Shown piece after piece: positions 62,723-64,000 of a stretch of DNA of 64,000 nucleotides. A model generated the notes under the pieces. That model searched no databases, had not been told where the DNA came from, and worked only from the letters and a program-made list of their open reading frames with translations. The position numbers and the translations under genes are program-made. Source of the stretch: Alphaproteobacteria bacterium (GTDB lineage Bacteria > Pseudomonadota > Alphaproteobacteria > MPNO01 > UBA830); assembly GCA_965243135.1 (NCBI GenBank), contig OZ251539.1:2720001-2784000 (forward strand), read 5' to 3'. Numbering within the stretch: the stretch's first letter is position 1; the number at the start of each line of letters is the position of its first letter.

Positions 62723-63801
62723 GTAAGCGTTCGCTACCCGGGGGACGAAAAAATTTCGTCCAGGGACCGGACGCGGGATCCTTCGCCTCTTTTGCCGCGA
62801 CCGACGGACGAGGGGCTTTGCCGCCGGCAACGGCCCGGCGGGACGAGGCGCGCCAGGAAGCGGAAACGTCGCGCGGAGGCGGGCCGGCAGGCGACGTTCC
62901 GGAGAACGCAGCGGGCGCGCCGAGGCGGCGCACAACGAGCCGCCTGAAGTCGACCTCTTCGGCGAACGAGCGGACCGCCCGCGGCGAAGCCGAGGGAGCG
63001 CGTCGACGAACGCGGCAAGCCTTGCGCGAGAAACGGAGAAAAGGTCACTCGTCGAGTTTCGCGCCGCGGCGTTGTCGCCGGCCCCCGTTCGACGCCGAAA
63101 CGGGAGGCGCGTCGGCGCCGCGGTCGGTCACGAACGACGGCGCCGGCACTTGCGCCCCGCGCGACAGTCGCTCGACTTCGAGGTCTCGTCGGCGGGGAAG
63201 GGCGTCAGGCGCCCCCCCGCCCCGTCGTCCGTCGGCGTCGTTCGTTCGGCGACGGTTTCCGGCGCGGCGGTCCGGCAGCGCCTTGAGCGCCGTCATGCTC
63301 TCCTCGTGGCGGCGTTCTTCGGCTTCGCGCTGCTGCTGCGTAGCCGCGCGCTGCTGTTGCCCGCGTTCGTCGCTGGCGCGGACCGGCCATACGCCGACGG
63401 CCGCGACGGCGGCCGCGAGCGCGTTGACGGAAGCGACGGCGAGGTTAGCGATCTCGAAGGCGGTCATGAGCGTCCTTTCCGGAGACGGGAAACAGTATCC
63501 GCGGCGCCGATCGTCAAGGGAGACGTTTGCGCCAGGGCGGGAACGGGGCGGCGGCGTTCATTGCCAGGCTCCGTCCTCGGGGCGGCAGCCGCGGCGGGCG
63601 GCGCGCAGGACGATCCGCAAGCGGCGAAACGCCTGAACTCCAGGCGCGGTTCCGTCGAACGGGAGCGTCGTCCGGTCGAGCGAGGCGGACCCGTCGAACC
63701 TCCAGGGTTCGGCCATGGGCGGAAAGCCTGAGGAAACATGCAACCAGCGTGAGCCCGCCTGGAGGCGGAACGGGCAGGTCACCCCGCGACCGAACGCTTA
63801 C
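62723..63801. mobile_element. Two-ended non-autonomous element, inverted relative to 53390-54655
   Basis: gtaagcgttcgctaccc...gaccgaacgcttac; passenger ORF 63045-63467 (-). Confidence 0.8.
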
Positions 63802-63920
63802 AATGCACTAGATAGCGGGACGGTTTTCCTGATACCGATCGACCGTACAAAGGCATCAAGAGACAGGGAGAATACGCCTTCACTTTCTTGCCGGGTCATC
63901 TGACTGGTCGCTTGGGTCAT
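63802..63920 (-). pseudogene. N-terminal stub of a possible SIR2-family defence protein
   Basis: MTQATSQMTRQESEGVFSLSLDAFVRSIGIRKTVPL, cut at the element end; resembles the segment preceding the GAG motif of SIR2-APAZ proteins. Confidence 0.45.
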
Positions 63921-64000
63921 AGTGATCTACCTTGGCACCTCGTCAATCAAACTGGTACTTATACGGCCGATGCGATCAACGGTCATTTCTCTCAATATCG

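Noticed and set aside
53390-63801. 8-bp target-site duplications around the two complete MITE-like units
   Set aside because: Flanks differ (actgcggc / aatggcga; acttttcc / aatgcact), so recent clean insertion cannot be claimed.
1-64000. cas genes, tRNA or rRNA genes
   Set aside because: None recognised on either strand by eye.

Overview
GC-rich alphaproteobacterial chromosome segment; ankyrin repeats, expanded AAA/PD-(D/E)XK, Rpn and DUF1640 families and heavy IS decay suggest a host-associated symbiont (inference). 0-11 kb: 3' end of a prokaryotic Argonaute and a catabolic cluster (heme-oxygenase-like enzyme, two hydrolases, two LLM monooxygenases, sulfatase, acyl-CoA dehydrogenase, MetE-like protein). 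11-14 kb: an ankyrin-Rpn nuclease followed by two extra tandem copies of its own C-terminal module. 14-27 kb: core genes (rpmB, cobT, cobS, J-domain, bolA, CorC, aroB, aroK, xerD, accA). Between aroK and the xerD operon is the most striking feature: a cas-less, leader-less type I-E-like CRISPR array (11 repeats, 61-bp period). Its 28-bp repeat is an in-frame piece of the coding sequence of the decayed Rpn gene in which it sits, which suggests an array born de novo inside a gene. 27-64 kb: polysaccharide export and rhamnose genes broken up by IS remnants (ISKra4, IS1380, IS1111, ISAs1, IS30) and a family of non-autonomous elements with GTAAGCGTTCG ends. This region also holds five AAA+PD-(D/E)XK paralogues and defence genes: a disrupted HORMA-TRIP13-2TM operon, DUF6765, a 1447-aa STAND NTPase-nuclease and a SIR2-like stub. 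All family calls are from motif recognition by eye; no database searches were run.
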